A stretch of DNA of 64,000 bases from Bdellovibrionales bacterium (GCA_965200875.1 OZ241456.1:1600001-1664000); one strand, 5' to 3'; shown: positions 19,482 through 30,394, numbered from the stretch's first letter. The notes: generated by a model from the sequence alone, not told the origin. Program-made: numbers and translations.

Positions 19482-20578
19482 ATCAGACAGAACCTGCTTC
19501 AAAAACAGAGGCTGGATTTCTTGTTCTGGAAACAGGTGAAGTATTTAGCGGGCGATTCCTTGGAGGTACAGAGCGCGCAGGAGAAGTGGTGTTTAACACT
19601 TCCCATAGTGGTTATGAGGAAATGGCCACAGATCCTTCTTATTTTAATCAAATTTTAGTGATGACAGCTCCCATGCAGGGAAACTATGGAGATAGTGATG
19701 AGGTTTGGGAATCTTCCCGCATTCATATTCAGGCATTGGTGTGCATGGAAATGCAGGATAATCAAAAAAATTCCGGATGGAAAAACAAATTAATTTCTTA
19801 TGGTGTTCCGATTTTATCAGAGGTGGATACCCGGTCTCTTGTATTACTTTTAAGAAAAAAAGAGGGGCTTTGGGGAGCTTTAGTAAGAGGGTCGGACTGG
19901 CAAAAGGCTAAAAAGCGGGCTGGTCATTTTATTGTGGCCGGTCAGAAAATGGAAAAAGATTGGCCTTTCATGGTAGCGAGAAAATCACCAGAGGAAATAA
20001 AAGGGAATAAAGCCAAAGGGCCACGCGTGGCGGTTATGGATTTTGGCTGTAAGCAAAATATTATTCGAGAATTGGTGAAAAGATGTAGTGCTGTTTGTGT
20101 ATTTCCTCCTCGTGTTTCCGCAAAGGAGATTATGGTTTGGAAACCTTCCGGTCTTCTGCTTTCCAACGGACCTGGAGATCCTGCGCAGGTAAAACAAGCC
20201 GTAGACACAGTGCGCACACTTTTGGGGGAGATTTTTATTTTTGGAATTTGCATGGGTCATCAGATTCTGGCTTTGGCTTTAGGAGGGAAAACCTATCGTT
20301 TGAAATTCGGGCACAGGGGAAGCAATCATCCCGTCCGAGATGAGTTACTGAAAAAAATTTATGTGACCAGCCAAAATCATGGTTACGCCGTAAAAAAGGA
20401 AAGTCTACCTTCTTCCATTCAGGTGACTCATACCAATTTGAATGACAACACTGTGGAAGGTTTTTTTTCAAAGAAAGAGAACTGCCTAGGGATTCAATTT
20501 CATCCTGAAAGTCATCCCGGCCCCCGTGAAGCTAAAGACCTGTTTGATTTTTTTATAAAATCCCTGAAGAGAAAATAA
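19478..20578 (+). CDS. carA: Carbamoyl-phosphate synthase small subunit
   Basis: GEVVFNT, TDPSY, SNGPGDP, GICMGHQ, QFHPE. Confidence 0.97.
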   Translation: MNQTEPASKTEAGFLVLETGEVFSGRFLGGTERAGEVVFNTSHSGYEEMATDPSYFNQILVMTAPMQGNYGDSDEVWESSRIHIQALVCMEMQDNQKNSGWKNKLISYGVPILSEVDTRSLVLLLRKKEGLWGALVRGSDWQKAKKRAGHFIVAGQKMEKDWPFMVARKSPEEIKGNKAKGPRVAVMDFGCKQNIIRELVKRCSAVCVFPPRVSAKEIMVWKPSGLLLSNGPGDPAQVKQAVDTVRTLLGEIFIFGICMGHQILALALGGKTYRLKFGHRGSNHPVRDELLKKIYVTSQNHGYAVKKESLPSSIQVTHTNLNDNTVEGFFSKKENCLGIQFHPESHPGPREAKDLFDFFIKSLKRK

Positions 20579-20605
20579 GCCGTCGTACACAATAAAGTGT
20601 AAACA

Positions 20606-22066
20606 TTATCTTCTGTGAGTGCGCAAATTTCTTCTCAGAAACAAGACAAAAGAACCTAGAACAATCAATAAAGAACCAAAGTATTTTATGAATCTCCCGG
20701 GATCTTTATTTATGGAAAACACACTAGCCACCGGCACACCTCTTTCATCTTCTTCAAAACCAGACTGATAAATGGTGTAACCAGCAAACTTTAAAGGATG
20801 ATTCATGGAAATAATTTTTGTATTTTCTCCCTGATTCACTTGCACCTCACTTTCGTAACCTTCAGCTTTAAAACTGGAAGGGTACCTGACCACTTTAAAA
20901 TTCTTTAACCGTAACTGAAAACCTAGGTCTTTTCTTTCGTTAATGTAGGCCACTATATATACTTTATCCTCATCAAAGAAAAACAAATGTGAGTTAAGCC
21001 CCATCCACTTTTTTTCGCCTTTAAACTCCACCTGAATGGCTGAATGAGTCCGCTCACTCACTCTTTTTTGAGGGATGAATAAAGTATCCGGCAACGCCTT
21101 GGGCAAATACTCCAGCAAACGAAATTCAAAATCCATCCAACCGGTTTTTATACGACTGAGAGCTGAAATATCCTCTCTTAAATTCTCTTTTTTCAGACCC
21201 GCATCCCGCAAAGCGGAACCCGTTTGCAAAAAACCTTCCTGGTGTTTTTTCGATCCTGGTTTTTGTAGTCTGTATTTTAGTTTTTCCCCTTCGGGTGACA
21301 ACAAAAGCCGAGGCAACTCTCTCTTTCGTGTGGCAGATTGACTCTTAAGCTTTTTCTCTGGTGGCAAAGATTTTAATAAAATAATTTCTGCAGGTCCCAA
21401 AGGTAATTTTACCTGATCCATCCAAGGAGGCTTAAACATCCATTTTACTATCTGCGTCTGACTTCCGACTATCTGAAAACGCAAAGCCGGCCCTCCCCTT
21501 AAAGCCGGCTCATACTTTTCACGAGCCAAAGCAGAAGGATAAAAAGCAGTTATTTTCAGCATATCAGCACCTATTTGCGCGATATGAGGTTTTCCCGGAC
21601 GAGGAGGACTGCGAAAAAAATAAACCTGTTTTCGATACAATTCCGTTAAATTTTTTGCGTCAAAAGAGGAGTACATCATAAGCAAAGCGGATTCTGTGAC
21701 AATTTGCGATCCCTCTTCCTCCAAAGCCAACCTTAAATTGCCATCCACACCGTAAAACCGGGTGATTACAGACCCTGTAAGCACAAATATAATGCCAAAA
21801 TGCGCCAGTAAAAAAGCAATATGTTTTTTTTTCCACGGCCAACGATCAATCATTACAGCAATAATATTGAGAGCCAAAAGAGAGGCAAGCACTGTCATCC
21901 AGGTAGAACGATAAATAAGCTCTTGAGCGGCAACACGTCCTTGAGCCGACTCATAAAAAGTGCCCACAGCAAATAACAAAACCAATGCTGACAAAGTCAA
22001 AACAGCCAACTTAAGGGAACAAAAAAAGCTATATATATAAGTTAGGAAGTTTATTATAAATTTCAA
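20606..22066 (-). CDS. ResB/Ccs1-like cytochrome c biogenesis protein
   Basis: SLKLA + three TM segments with HFG, ISMNHPLKFAGYTIYQSGF, DPG + final TM. Confidence 0.8.
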   Translation of the reverse strand: MKFIINFLTYIYSFFCSLKLAVLTLSALVLLFAVGTFYESAQGRVAAQELIYRSTWMTVLASLLALNIIAVMIDRWPWKKKHIAFLLAHFGIIFVLTGSVITRFYGVDGNLRLALEEEGSQIVTESALLMMYSSFDAKNLTELYRKQVYFFRSPPRPGKPHIAQIGADMLKITAFYPSALAREKYEPALRGGPALRFQIVGSQTQIVKWMFKPPWMDQVKLPLGPAEIILLKSLPPEKKLKSQSATRKRELPRLLLSPEGEKLKYRLQKPGSKKHQEGFLQTGSALRDAGLKKENLREDISALSRIKTGWMDFEFRLLEYLPKALPDTLFIPQKRVSERTHSAIQVEFKGEKKWMGLNSHLFFFDEDKVYIVAYINERKDLGFQLRLKNFKVVRYPSSFKAEGYESEVQVNQGENTKIISMNHPLKFAGYTIYQSGFEEDERGVPVASVFSINKDPGRFIKYFGSLLIVLGSFVLFLRRNLRTHRR

Positions 22067-22856
22067 AAATCACCTTACTTAGACGCTGTTTTACCGGTTC
22101 TGCTTTTTCAGGAACAATTTGTTTACTGCTTTCATTCATATACAACTTGCGATTCAGCTCAATCATTAAAGCCTGCCGGCCATCCTTCGGGCAACCGTAT
22201 TTTTCCACAATAGTTCCTCCTGTATAAGGGTGATTTAAACATACTTCAAAACCCTGATTCCGATAAGCCGTTATCACCTGCTCCGTCCATTCGGCTGTGG
22301 CAGTTTTTCCTTTTTCGTTTCCTATAACTATATCGGCTCTGTATTCACCAGGATCTCTGTGCGCGTTTGTTCCTTGGGAGGGCATACTGTGAATATCCAA
22401 ATGATAAATATTTTCGGCACCAGTTTTATTCAAGCTTTCGTAAAGGGAGTCAATATCGCGAAAAAAACCTTCATAATATTTTTTCAAAATATTTTCGTGT
22501 AACTGCCGGCTTAAAGGGTTTTTAAATAAAACATAACCAGCTGTTGTTTTTCTCCAATGAAGTCCTGTGGGATGAGAACCGGAAGGATTGCCACTACCTT
22601 CCAAGGAATCACAGTCTACATCCGTGGGCCAACGGTTGCAATCCACCACATAACGATGATATGGAGTGACCACTGTTGGTATTTTATGTTGATCCAAAGC
22701 TGACTGATACATATCAGCCACAAAGCGATCCACATCATACATTAAAGTCACTTCATCCAGCTCTTTAAGCCAAGGACATTCTTCCACTACCTGTTCCCCG
22801 TTATGGGGAATGCTGACTAAAATCGATTTTTTGCTTAAAGCGTGTTCTTTACTCAT
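22029..22856 (-). CDS. N-formylglutamate amidohydrolase family protein
   Basis: SIPHNG, VDCNR, LDIHSMPS, ADIVIG, NHPYTGG, IELNRKLY. Confidence 0.9.
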   Translation of the reverse strand: MSKEHALSKKSILVSIPHNGEQVVEECPWLKELDEVTLMYDVDRFVADMYQSALDQHKIPTVVTPYHRYVVDCNRWPTDVDCDSLEGSGNPSGSHPTGLHWRKTTAGYVLFKNPLSRQLHENILKKYYEGFFRDIDSLYESLNKTGAENIYHLDIHSMPSQGTNAHRDPGEYRADIVIGNEKGKTATAEWTEQVITAYRNQGFEVCLNHPYTGGTIVEKYGCPKDGRQALMIELNRKLYMNESSKQIVPEKAEPVKQRLSKVIFEIYNKLPNLYI

Positions 22857-22874
22857 ACTCAGCTCCTTATTCCA

Positions 22875-24251
22875 CTATTTTGAAATAGAAATTGTTTTTA
22901 CATTCATAAATTCATAAAAACCAAAACTGGATAATTCCCGACCGTATCCTGAATCTTTAATACCACCAAACGGAAGTGCCGGATGAGAATGCAAAGCCTG
23001 ATTTACCACACATGCCCCTGCTTGCAAATAATTACGCGCCCATTTTTCGGCTTGTTCCATATCCCTGCTGAAAACCGCCGCTCCCAAACCATAAGGAGAA
23101 ATGTTAGCTTTCCGCAAAGCAGACTCTTCATCCGGCACAGTAATAATCCAAGCCACAGGACCAAACAGTTCTTCCTCAAAAACGCACACATTATCAGTAG
23201 TAGCATCGCTCTTCAAGACAGTAGGCGGATAAAAATATCCTTTTTGCTCAGGCAACTGCGCACCTAAAACCACCTGCGCGCCCTTTGCCTTTAAAAAAGC
23301 TACCTGACTTTGCAAATGTTCCCTTAAGTCTTTGCGAGCCAAAGGCCCAAGAAGAGTATCGGGTAAAACAGGGTTTTCCATTTTATAGGACTTCATTTTT
23401 TCCACCACAAGAGCCGTAAATTTTTCCGCATTTTTTCTGGTGACTATAAAACGCTTGGCAGAAATACAACTTTGCCCGCTGTTATTCATCCGAGACAAAA
23501 CACACTCTCTACTGGCCAATTCCAAATCCGCTGAATCCAAAATCACATAAGGATCGCTCCCTCCTAATTCCAACACACTTTTTTTTAAATAACGACCCGC
23601 CAATGCAGAAACCACTCGACCAGCTTTTACGCTTCCGGTTAGAGAAAGCCCCCGTACGCGCCGATCGGCAATTATTTTTTCTGTTTGTTCTATGGAGATA
23701 GGTAAATTCTGGTACACTCCCAAAGGAAAACCAGCCTTAATAAACAGTTTTTCCAGTTCAGTCGCACACAACATAACATTAGGAGCATGTTTCAAAAACA
23801 CAGTATTACCCCCCAACAAAACAGGTAGCGCGAAACGAAGCACCTGCCAAAAAGGAAAATTCCAAGGCATAATACCTAAAATAATCCCCAGAGGCTGAAA
23901 ACTAACATAAGAGTTTTCAGGAGCAGAGGGCAGGTTGGTTTTATCCGCCAAAAAAACAGGAGCTTGTTCAGACACATATTCACAAAGCTTGATACACTTT
24001 TCCACTTCCGCCAATGACTGTTGAAGAGGTTTACCCATTTCATGGGTTATAAGAGTCGCCAAAGTTTTTTTTTCGGATTTTAAAAGGTTTTTTAAATTTT
24101 GAACAAAAACAATTCTTTTATGGATATCCAGAGCACTCCAGCTGGACAAAACACGAGTGGAAAAAGAAAATTTTTTCTCCAGTTCCTCATCAGACAGAAA
24201 AAGTGTCTCACCAAATTCTTCTTCTGTAAAAGGATTGATTGATCGAAACAT
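22875..24251 (-). CDS. NAD(P)-dependent succinate-semialdehyde dehydrogenase-like ALDH
   Basis: IMPWNFPFWQ, LTGS, LELGGSD, GQSCIS, EELFGP, PFGGIKDSGYGRE. Confidence 0.9.
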   Translation of the reverse strand: MFRSINPFTEEEFGETLFLSDEELEKKFSFSTRVLSSWSALDIHKRIVFVQNLKNLLKSEKKTLATLITHEMGKPLQQSLAEVEKCIKLCEYVSEQAPVFLADKTNLPSAPENSYVSFQPLGIILGIMPWNFPFWQVLRFALPVLLGGNTVFLKHAPNVMLCATELEKLFIKAGFPLGVYQNLPISIEQTEKIIADRRVRGLSLTGSVKAGRVVSALAGRYLKKSVLELGGSDPYVILDSADLELASRECVLSRMNNSGQSCISAKRFIVTRKNAEKFTALVVEKMKSYKMENPVLPDTLLGPLARKDLREHLQSQVAFLKAKGAQVVLGAQLPEQKGYFYPPTVLKSDATTDNVCVFEEELFGPVAWIITVPDEESALRKANISPYGLGAAVFSRDMEQAEKWARNYLQAGACVVNQALHSHPALPFGGIKDSGYGRELSSFGFYEFMNVKTISISK

Positions 24252-24259
24252 TTTTTATC

Positions 24260-24979
24260 TTAATGAAAAGAAGTGTCCAAAGAAAATGGCCCTGGAGTAA
24301 AAGGGCGAGATTTTGCCAGCTGTTTCCGTTTTAAAATCAACCACAACCAAGCCAGCTGAGAGTCCATTTCAATCAAACCTTCAGCTGTAATAGATCCACG
24401 CGAGTTTTCTTCCTGTACAGAATCATGGGAAGGACTAATCAAAATACAGCGATCAATTTTACACATTTTTGCCACGCTTTGAAAAGTATTTTTTTTGGAT
24501 TTTTCTGAAAAATACAATAATGTAAATTTGGCAACTTTGCCCTGTTTCTTTTTATATACACTCAAATAGTTTGAATTGTACTTCTTGCTACAAAAAATTT
24601 TCATTATATTTTTTTCAAATGTTCCCACTTTTGCTGACACCAAGAGAGCACGGGAAGACCCCATTAAAAAGTCTGGAAGACCTGTAAGCCTGACCATGCG
24701 ATCGTATAAACCCAAACTGATTAAAAAAGACATTAACTTCAAATGCACGGGAGAATCAAAAGTTTCCCCTTTATTCGTTAAACCAAACATCCAAGCGGGT
24801 GGTTTTACTTTATATTTCTTTAAAATTTCCCGAGCTTTGGCCACACGCACCGCTACATCCGGGATTCGTAAGCAGTGAATAAACATCTCATTGGATTCCA
24901 GAACAAGATCATTAAAAACCGCTGCAGTTTTATGATATTGAACATCTTTTTTTGCCGGCAATTCATTTTTCTTACGCAT
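24260..24979 (-). CDS. Hypothetical protein
   Basis: 239-aa ORF with upstream AAGGAG, co-oriented and abutting the ALDH gene. Confidence 0.6.
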   Translation of the reverse strand: MRKKNELPAKKDVQYHKTAAVFNDLVLESNEMFIHCLRIPDVAVRVAKAREILKKYKVKPPAWMFGLTNKGETFDSPVHLKLMSFLISLGLYDRMVRLTGLPDFLMGSSRALLVSAKVGTFEKNIMKIFCSKKYNSNYLSVYKKKQGKVAKFTLLYFSEKSKKNTFQSVAKMCKIDRCILISPSHDSVQEENSRGSITAEGLIEMDSQLAWLWLILKRKQLAKSRPFTPGPFSLDTSFH

Positions 24980-25317
24980 CGGATAAATTCTCCTTAAATT
25001 ATATTTTGTCGTTCAAGCGGTTCATGGCAACTCAAATAGATTATTATTTTCTCCTGATGAGTTTCAACAACAAAATATTAAAAAAAGCAACAAAACATTT
25101 AAAAAAACAACAAAACAAGTTACATTTTTACATCACTTTGAAAACATTTCACTTATCAGACTTCCAAATATCCTTATCTGAGGTGCCACTCCTTTCTGTT
25201 TCCAAGCCAATCACCCGGAAAGAAGTTTGCTACAAAAAAAGCAAACAGGACCTTGGTTTGTTCCAAAATCCGCTAAAAATATTGTGAAGGAGCTTTTGCC
25301 CTGATAAGCTTTTTTCA

Positions 25318-26301
25318 ATGAAAAGTTTATTTTGGCATTATCCCCGTAAATGGGGTTTATCCGTTTTTAGATTTTTATCCGCCAAAAAATACTGGCTTTT
25401 GATCCTGACAGGAGCTTACTGTATTGCAGACTTGGTTGTGATTAGTTTACATCCTGTCTTCCTGTTGGATAAAGCTCCTCTGCCTGTCCTTAGCCGTTCT
25501 TCACGACAAAAGACTGATGGAGTAGAATCACAATATATGCCTATATGGGACTTAAATATGTTCCACAACGAAGAAATACCTATTGAAGACATTGTGCAAA
25601 ATGACACACCTCAAAAGTCCCGCCTGCCTCTCCAGCTAAATGGCGTTATTGTTTACAGAAACTCAAACTACTCCATCGCCAGTATCACGCTAAAAGACCA
25701 AAATTTATCTGGAGCATACCGCGTAGGGGAACAAATAGAAAAAACAGATACTATAAGCAAAGCGTCTAAAGTGCTGGCCCGCATCACAAAAATAAGCCCT
25801 GACAGAGTGTATTTTATCAATTTCATGAATAATCAAAGTGAATATATAGAGTTAAAAAAATCGCGTCAAATGACATTTGATTCAAAAACCACTGCTAAAA
25901 ACACCAGTAACAGTTTCTTAAAACCAACCGGAGATTTTCAATTTCAGGTTAAACGGTCCGATGTAAATAAGCATTTGCGCAACTTGGACAACATACTGCG
26001 GGATGCCAAAGTAGTGCCTCACAGGGAAAATGGACGATTAATCGGCTGGCGATTTGAATATATCAAGAAAGGAAGTATTTTTGAAAAGTTTGGCTTTCAG
26101 GAATCTGACATACTAACATCCGTCGCCGGCGAATTGCCAAAATCTCACATACACGCCGCAGAATTGTTTCATAAGTTTAGCAACTCCCTTTCAAAATTGG
26201 ATATAATGGTTCACAGAAAAGGAAAGGATATTCCGTTTTCTTGGAATGTTAATGAAGATGTCGCGAAAGAAAAACCGCCAGCCAGCCGTTATATTTACTG
26301 A
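25318..26301 (+). CDS. gspC: Type II secretion system protein C (TM, HR, PDZ)
   Basis: TM segment, LQLNGVIV...ASI...YRVGE HR domain, PDZ (IKKGSIFEKFGFQESDILTSV); upstream of the secretin. Confidence 0.85.
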   Translation: MKSLFWHYPRKWGLSVFRFLSAKKYWLLILTGAYCIADLVVISLHPVFLLDKAPLPVLSRSSRQKTDGVESQYMPIWDLNMFHNEEIPIEDIVQNDTPQKSRLPLQLNGVIVYRNSNYSIASITLKDQNLSGAYRVGEQIEKTDTISKASKVLARITKISPDRVYFINFMNNQSEYIELKKSRQMTFDSKTTAKNTSNSFLKPTGDFQFQVKRSDVNKHLRNLDNILRDAKVVPHRENGRLIGWRFEYIKKGSIFEKFGFQESDILTSVAGELPKSHIHAAELFHKFSNSLSKLDIMVHRKGKDIPFSWNVNEDVAKEKPPASRYIY

Positions 26302-26404
26302 CAAATAAATAAGGATGGGAAGTTTTTGGCACTCATTATAAATAAGTGTGGTCTTTGGGGTGTAAATGCTTTACGCTCATTAAAACAGCAAGGATGCTTT
26401 CAAT

Positions 26405-29086
26405 ATGTGCACTATATTTTTTAAAAACCGCAGTTCCGGTATGTTCCTAGCCAAGGGTATAAGGTCAAAACACTCGCCTTTTTCCAAAAAATCCATTTGG
26501 TTTGTTGCTCTTTTTTTCACTTTTTTCACAGCAAAAGCCTACTGTCTGAAAGGGGATATAATCAAACTTCCCGGTAAACGCCCCCCTATTACTGGAGAGA
26601 AAACAGGTGTGGAGATTTCCAAAGCAAAAGTGGAGAATATTACTTCCCAAAATTACCCCGGCCTGATTGAAAGTTTTGAATTTAATGCTCCGTTAAGAGA
26701 TGTTATAAAAACCATGAGCAAGTTTTTAAACATGAATATCATTCTTGGCCCTAGTATAGGTGCTGAAAGAATCGAAATTATCTCCCACTCCCCTATTACT
26801 GTCGCGGAAGCGTATAAGGCGTTTCTTTCCGCTTTGGCTATACAAAATTTAACAATAATCAAAAGTGGTTCCTTTCTTAAAGTCATCAAAAAGGAGTTCG
26901 CCCTCAGAAGCAACTTAAGAGTATACAAGGGTAAAAAAAGCATCAACGCGGATCAATTTCTCACGAGAATTATCAAATTAAAACATATTGACGCCAGCTC
27001 TTTACAGGACAAAATGAAACCATTTATTGATGACAAGGCTGTAAGCTCCCTGATTTTTTATCCTCCCTCAAACACAGTAATTATCTCCGGTTATGGTTCA
27101 AATGTGGAAAAAGTGAGAACAATTATTACAGGCATTGACACTCCTAGTGAGGATTTTACCCTTCGGGTTTTTCGTCTAAGAATCGCACAGGCAAATACAA
27201 TAGCAGAAATCATTAAAGACATTATTAAAAATCTGACACCAACAGGTTCCAGGAGAAGATATTATGGTTCCATGAAAAACAAAAGTCAGGGTATAAGCCA
27301 GTTGCTAAATATCCAATCTGTATCCCACGATGAAAGAACAAACTCCATTATAGCGATGGGACATCCAACAGCTCTTGAAAAACTAGGAGCACTTATAAAG
27401 ACACTGGATTCCGATGAAAATACCAAAATGTCAGCGCAGATTCATGTATACAAGGTAAAATACGGCAAAGCGGGAGAATTATCAAATACCTTGAACCAAA
27501 TATTCCGGGAGAGTTCTTCTTCCAAAGATAAAAGCACCACAAAACTAAAATCCGGGAGTTCCAAAAAAGGTAGCTCAGCCAAGCCTAATACTGTCTTGGC
27601 ACAGGCTTTTAAAGATGTAAAAATCATCCCGGAAGAAAACACAAACAGCCTCTTTATTGTATCCAACACAGCTAATTATGAAGTGGTGAAAACAATTTTA
27701 AATAAAGTGGATATTTCAAAAAATCAAGTGTTTGTAAAAGCTATCATCATGGCATTGAGCACAGATCGAAGTAATGAGTGGCAAATGGCCAATTACTTCT
27801 TTCCAAAAGATGACCAGGGAAAGGGAATCGCTCGTATTGGATATGGCCTCAGCAATTTAGCGGATGTGTTTTCCTTCAGCGAAGGAGCCACTTTGTTTTT
27901 TCCTTTATCATTGTTCTTTAAGGGGAATCTTTTTGGAACAGCTACTGACAGCAGAACAGATATTTCTTCCTTATTCAGAATGAACAACTCGGCAAATGCC
28001 GGTGTCAGCTCTCCACAAGAAATAAAAGTGCCATCTTTATCTTCTTTCGTAAAGTTTTTGCAAAGAACAGTTGGAGCCAATATCCTTTCCACTCCACAAA
28101 TCATGGCCTTGGATCATACACCGGCAGAGGTCTCAATAACAGATAAAATCCCTAGCTATGGCTCAAGACCAGCTACAACATCCAACGTATTTGGTCAAGT
28201 ATCTCCAAATATCGAGTATCAGGATGCTGAAACCCTCCTGAAAATCACTCCTCATATTGCTCCTGATGTGGACTCCATACAGCTGGATATTGAACAAAAA
28301 ATTGATAGCGTAGTAGGATCAGCAAATATCCCTGCTGATCTTAAAAACACCAATATAGCCATCAAAAAAAGGACAATCAAGACTTCCATTACTTTAAAAG
28401 ACAGAGAAACCGCGGTTTTAGGAGGTATGGTTAAAGAGGAAAGTACCAAAACCAACTCAAAAATTCCCATTTTAGGAGATCTTCCCCTTATTGGATGGTT
28501 ATTCAAAAACTCCTCTACGGACATAAAAAAATCCAATCTCATCGTTTTTATTACGCCTCATATTATCCACTCAGCAGAGGAACACCAGACTATCTTAAGC
28601 AGTAAATTAAAGGAAAGAATGAAATTCATCCGTCAATTTACCGGTAATGCAGATCCCTATCAGGAAATCACTGAAAAAATGCTAAAGAAATCAGAGGATT
28701 CAATACAGGAAAGAGACGACCCTCTTCCTGAGTTTGAACAAGACGAAAACTCCATTTATGAAGATCCTGGCGCGAATGCGGAAGAGGTACCCACGACAGA
28801 AGAAACGAAACAGTCAGAAAATTATTATTATTATGATGACGACGAGTATTACAGTGAAGATGAATACAGTGAAGAAACGAAACAGGACAATTATGGCAAT
28901 ACCCCTAAAGACAACTTTTCTCCAGAGACGGAAAATAATATAACATCATCCCGGCAGAATATTGAGCAAAATACCGAAGAACCGGCAGAATCCGAAGAAG
29001 AAACTCCAGACTCTATAGAAATAAAAGGAGATTGGGGACCTATGAAGACAGAACCTGTTACAGAAGGAGTGGAGGAGCTTGAATAA
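26405..29086 (+). CDS. gspD: Type II secretion system secretin with a long acidic C-terminal tail
   Basis: N0-N3 domains (DERTNSII), QVFVKAII, NILSTPQI, KIPILGDLPLIGWLF, LIVFITPHII. Confidence 0.93.
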   Translation: MCTIFFKNRSSGMFLAKGIRSKHSPFSKKSIWFVALFFTFFTAKAYCLKGDIIKLPGKRPPITGEKTGVEISKAKVENITSQNYPGLIESFEFNAPLRDVIKTMSKFLNMNIILGPSIGAERIEIISHSPITVAEAYKAFLSALAIQNLTIIKSGSFLKVIKKEFALRSNLRVYKGKKSINADQFLTRIIKLKHIDASSLQDKMKPFIDDKAVSSLIFYPPSNTVIISGYGSNVEKVRTIITGIDTPSEDFTLRVFRLRIAQANTIAEIIKDIIKNLTPTGSRRRYYGSMKNKSQGISQLLNIQSVSHDERTNSIIAMGHPTALEKLGALIKTLDSDENTKMSAQIHVYKVKYGKAGELSNTLNQIFRESSSSKDKSTTKLKSGSSKKGSSAKPNTVLAQAFKDVKIIPEENTNSLFIVSNTANYEVVKTILNKVDISKNQVFVKAIIMALSTDRSNEWQMANYFFPKDDQGKGIARIGYGLSNLADVFSFSEGATLFFPLSLFFKGNLFGTATDSRTDISSLFRMNNSANAGVSSPQEIKVPSLSSFVKFLQRTVGANILSTPQIMALDHTPAEVSITDKIPSYGSRPATTSNVFGQVSPNIEYQDAETLLKITPHIAPDVDSIQLDIEQKIDSVVGSANIPADLKNTNIAIKKRTIKTSITLKDRETAVLGGMVKEESTKTNSKIPILGDLPLIGWLFKNSSTDIKKSNLIVFITPHIIHSAEEHQTILSSKLKERMKFIRQFTGNADPYQEITEKMLKKSEDSIQERDDPLPEFEQDENSIYEDPGANAEEVPTTEETKQSENYYYYDDDEYYSEDEYSEETKQDNYGNTPKDNFSPETENNITSSRQNIEQNTEEPAESEEETPDSIEIKGDWGPMKTEPVTEGVEELE

Positions 29087-29293
29087 ACAACTTAATGAGT
29101 AATAATATTCACTCTTGCTATGTAAATATTTCAATTTCTAAAAAAAACCATAATTATCATTGTTCCCACACTCAATGGTTGCATAAAAAACACAGTTACA
29201 ATACAATCCAATAAAAACCAAACTGATTTTAATCCCCGGTTTTTAAGCTGGCTCTTCCTGAGATAAAGTTTAAGCCCAAAAAGGAGTTATATA

Positions 29294-30364
29294 ATGAAAT
29301 GTTTTTCACTAATTTTAATGATCGCATTCAGCCTGCTAAATGTGTCTTGCATACATAGCTTTCACCACAGAAAATATAAAAAAGACAGCCTAGCTGTGAT
29401 AGCTCCTGTAAATGGCAGTAAAGTGGAAGGTTGGGTACGTTTTCGCAAAATGGATTGTGGACAAACATTAATAAAAGCCAAAATTACAGGATTGACACCC
29501 CATAAAAAACACGGATTTCATATCCATAAATATGGGGATTGCCGGGAAAATGGCAAATACGCAGGTTCCCACTTCAATCCTCATGACTATGAACATGGTT
29601 CGCTTGATGATGAAGAAAGGCATCTGGGTGATATGGGAAATCTGATTGCTGATAAAAATGGAGTGGCTTTTTACAAGGAAATAGTGGATATATGCCCGCG
29701 AAAAATCACAGGTCGTTCAATCATTATCCACGCCAACGAAGACAATTTAACTTCTCAACCTACCGGCAATGCCGGTCCCTATATTGGCTGTGGTATCATT
29801 GGATATGTAAAACCGCTAAAACAAAAAGCAGAGCTATCCCAACAACAAAGTCATATCATCAAAAAAACAGGAGAATTTCAGTTTCAGGTTAATCGATCTG
29901 ATGTAAATAAGCATTTAACAAAGCTATCTGAAGTATTGAAAGATACAAAGTTAGTGCCCTACAAAGAAAAAAAACAAGTTATCGGTTTTCGTTTTGAATA
30001 TATTAAAAAAGGAAGTGTTTTTGATCAACTGGGGTTTAAAGAATCTGACATTGTTATATCCATATCCGGGCAAGAGATAAAATCTGCCTCTCAATTTGGC
30101 AAATTATTTAAAAAAGCTCAAAAACAGTCCAGAGTGGATATAGTAGTAAAAAGAGGTGAAAAAGAAATTAAGTTTTCTTGGTCTATAAAAGAAGATGTGT
30201 CAATAGTGACAGAACCAACATCATCGGACCAAGAATTGGAAGAAGAGTTAAACAAAGTGGAAGAACCTCAAACAACAATCCCACAAGTTAAAAAAACAAG
30301 TGCAAAAAGCCCAACAGAAAAATCCGAATCAGATACAAAACAAAAAACACCACCTCAAGAATAG
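29294..30364 (+). CDS. Cu/Zn superoxide dismutase lipoprotein fused to a GspC-derived PDZ region
   Basis: Lipobox NVSC; HGFHIH, GSHFNP, HG, RHLGD, IIIHA metal ligands; the C-terminal half resembles the adjacent GspC C-terminus. Confidence 0.88.
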   Translation: MKCFSLILMIAFSLLNVSCIHSFHHRKYKKDSLAVIAPVNGSKVEGWVRFRKMDCGQTLIKAKITGLTPHKKHGFHIHKYGDCRENGKYAGSHFNPHDYEHGSLDDEERHLGDMGNLIADKNGVAFYKEIVDICPRKITGRSIIIHANEDNLTSQPTGNAGPYIGCGIIGYVKPLKQKAELSQQQSHIIKKTGEFQFQVNRSDVNKHLTKLSEVLKDTKLVPYKEKKQVIGFRFEYIKKGSVFDQLGFKESDIVISISGQEIKSASQFGKLFKKAQKQSRVDIVVKRGEKEIKFSWSIKEDVSIVTEPTSSDQELEEELNKVEEPQTTIPQVKKTSAKSPTEKSESDTKQKTPPQE

Positions 30365-30394
30365 TGAGAGCTACTTAGTGGGTTCTGAATATTT

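Noticed and set aside
26324..26342. Possible sigma54 site upstream of gspD (TTGGCAC)
   Set aside because: The -12 TTGC element is missing.
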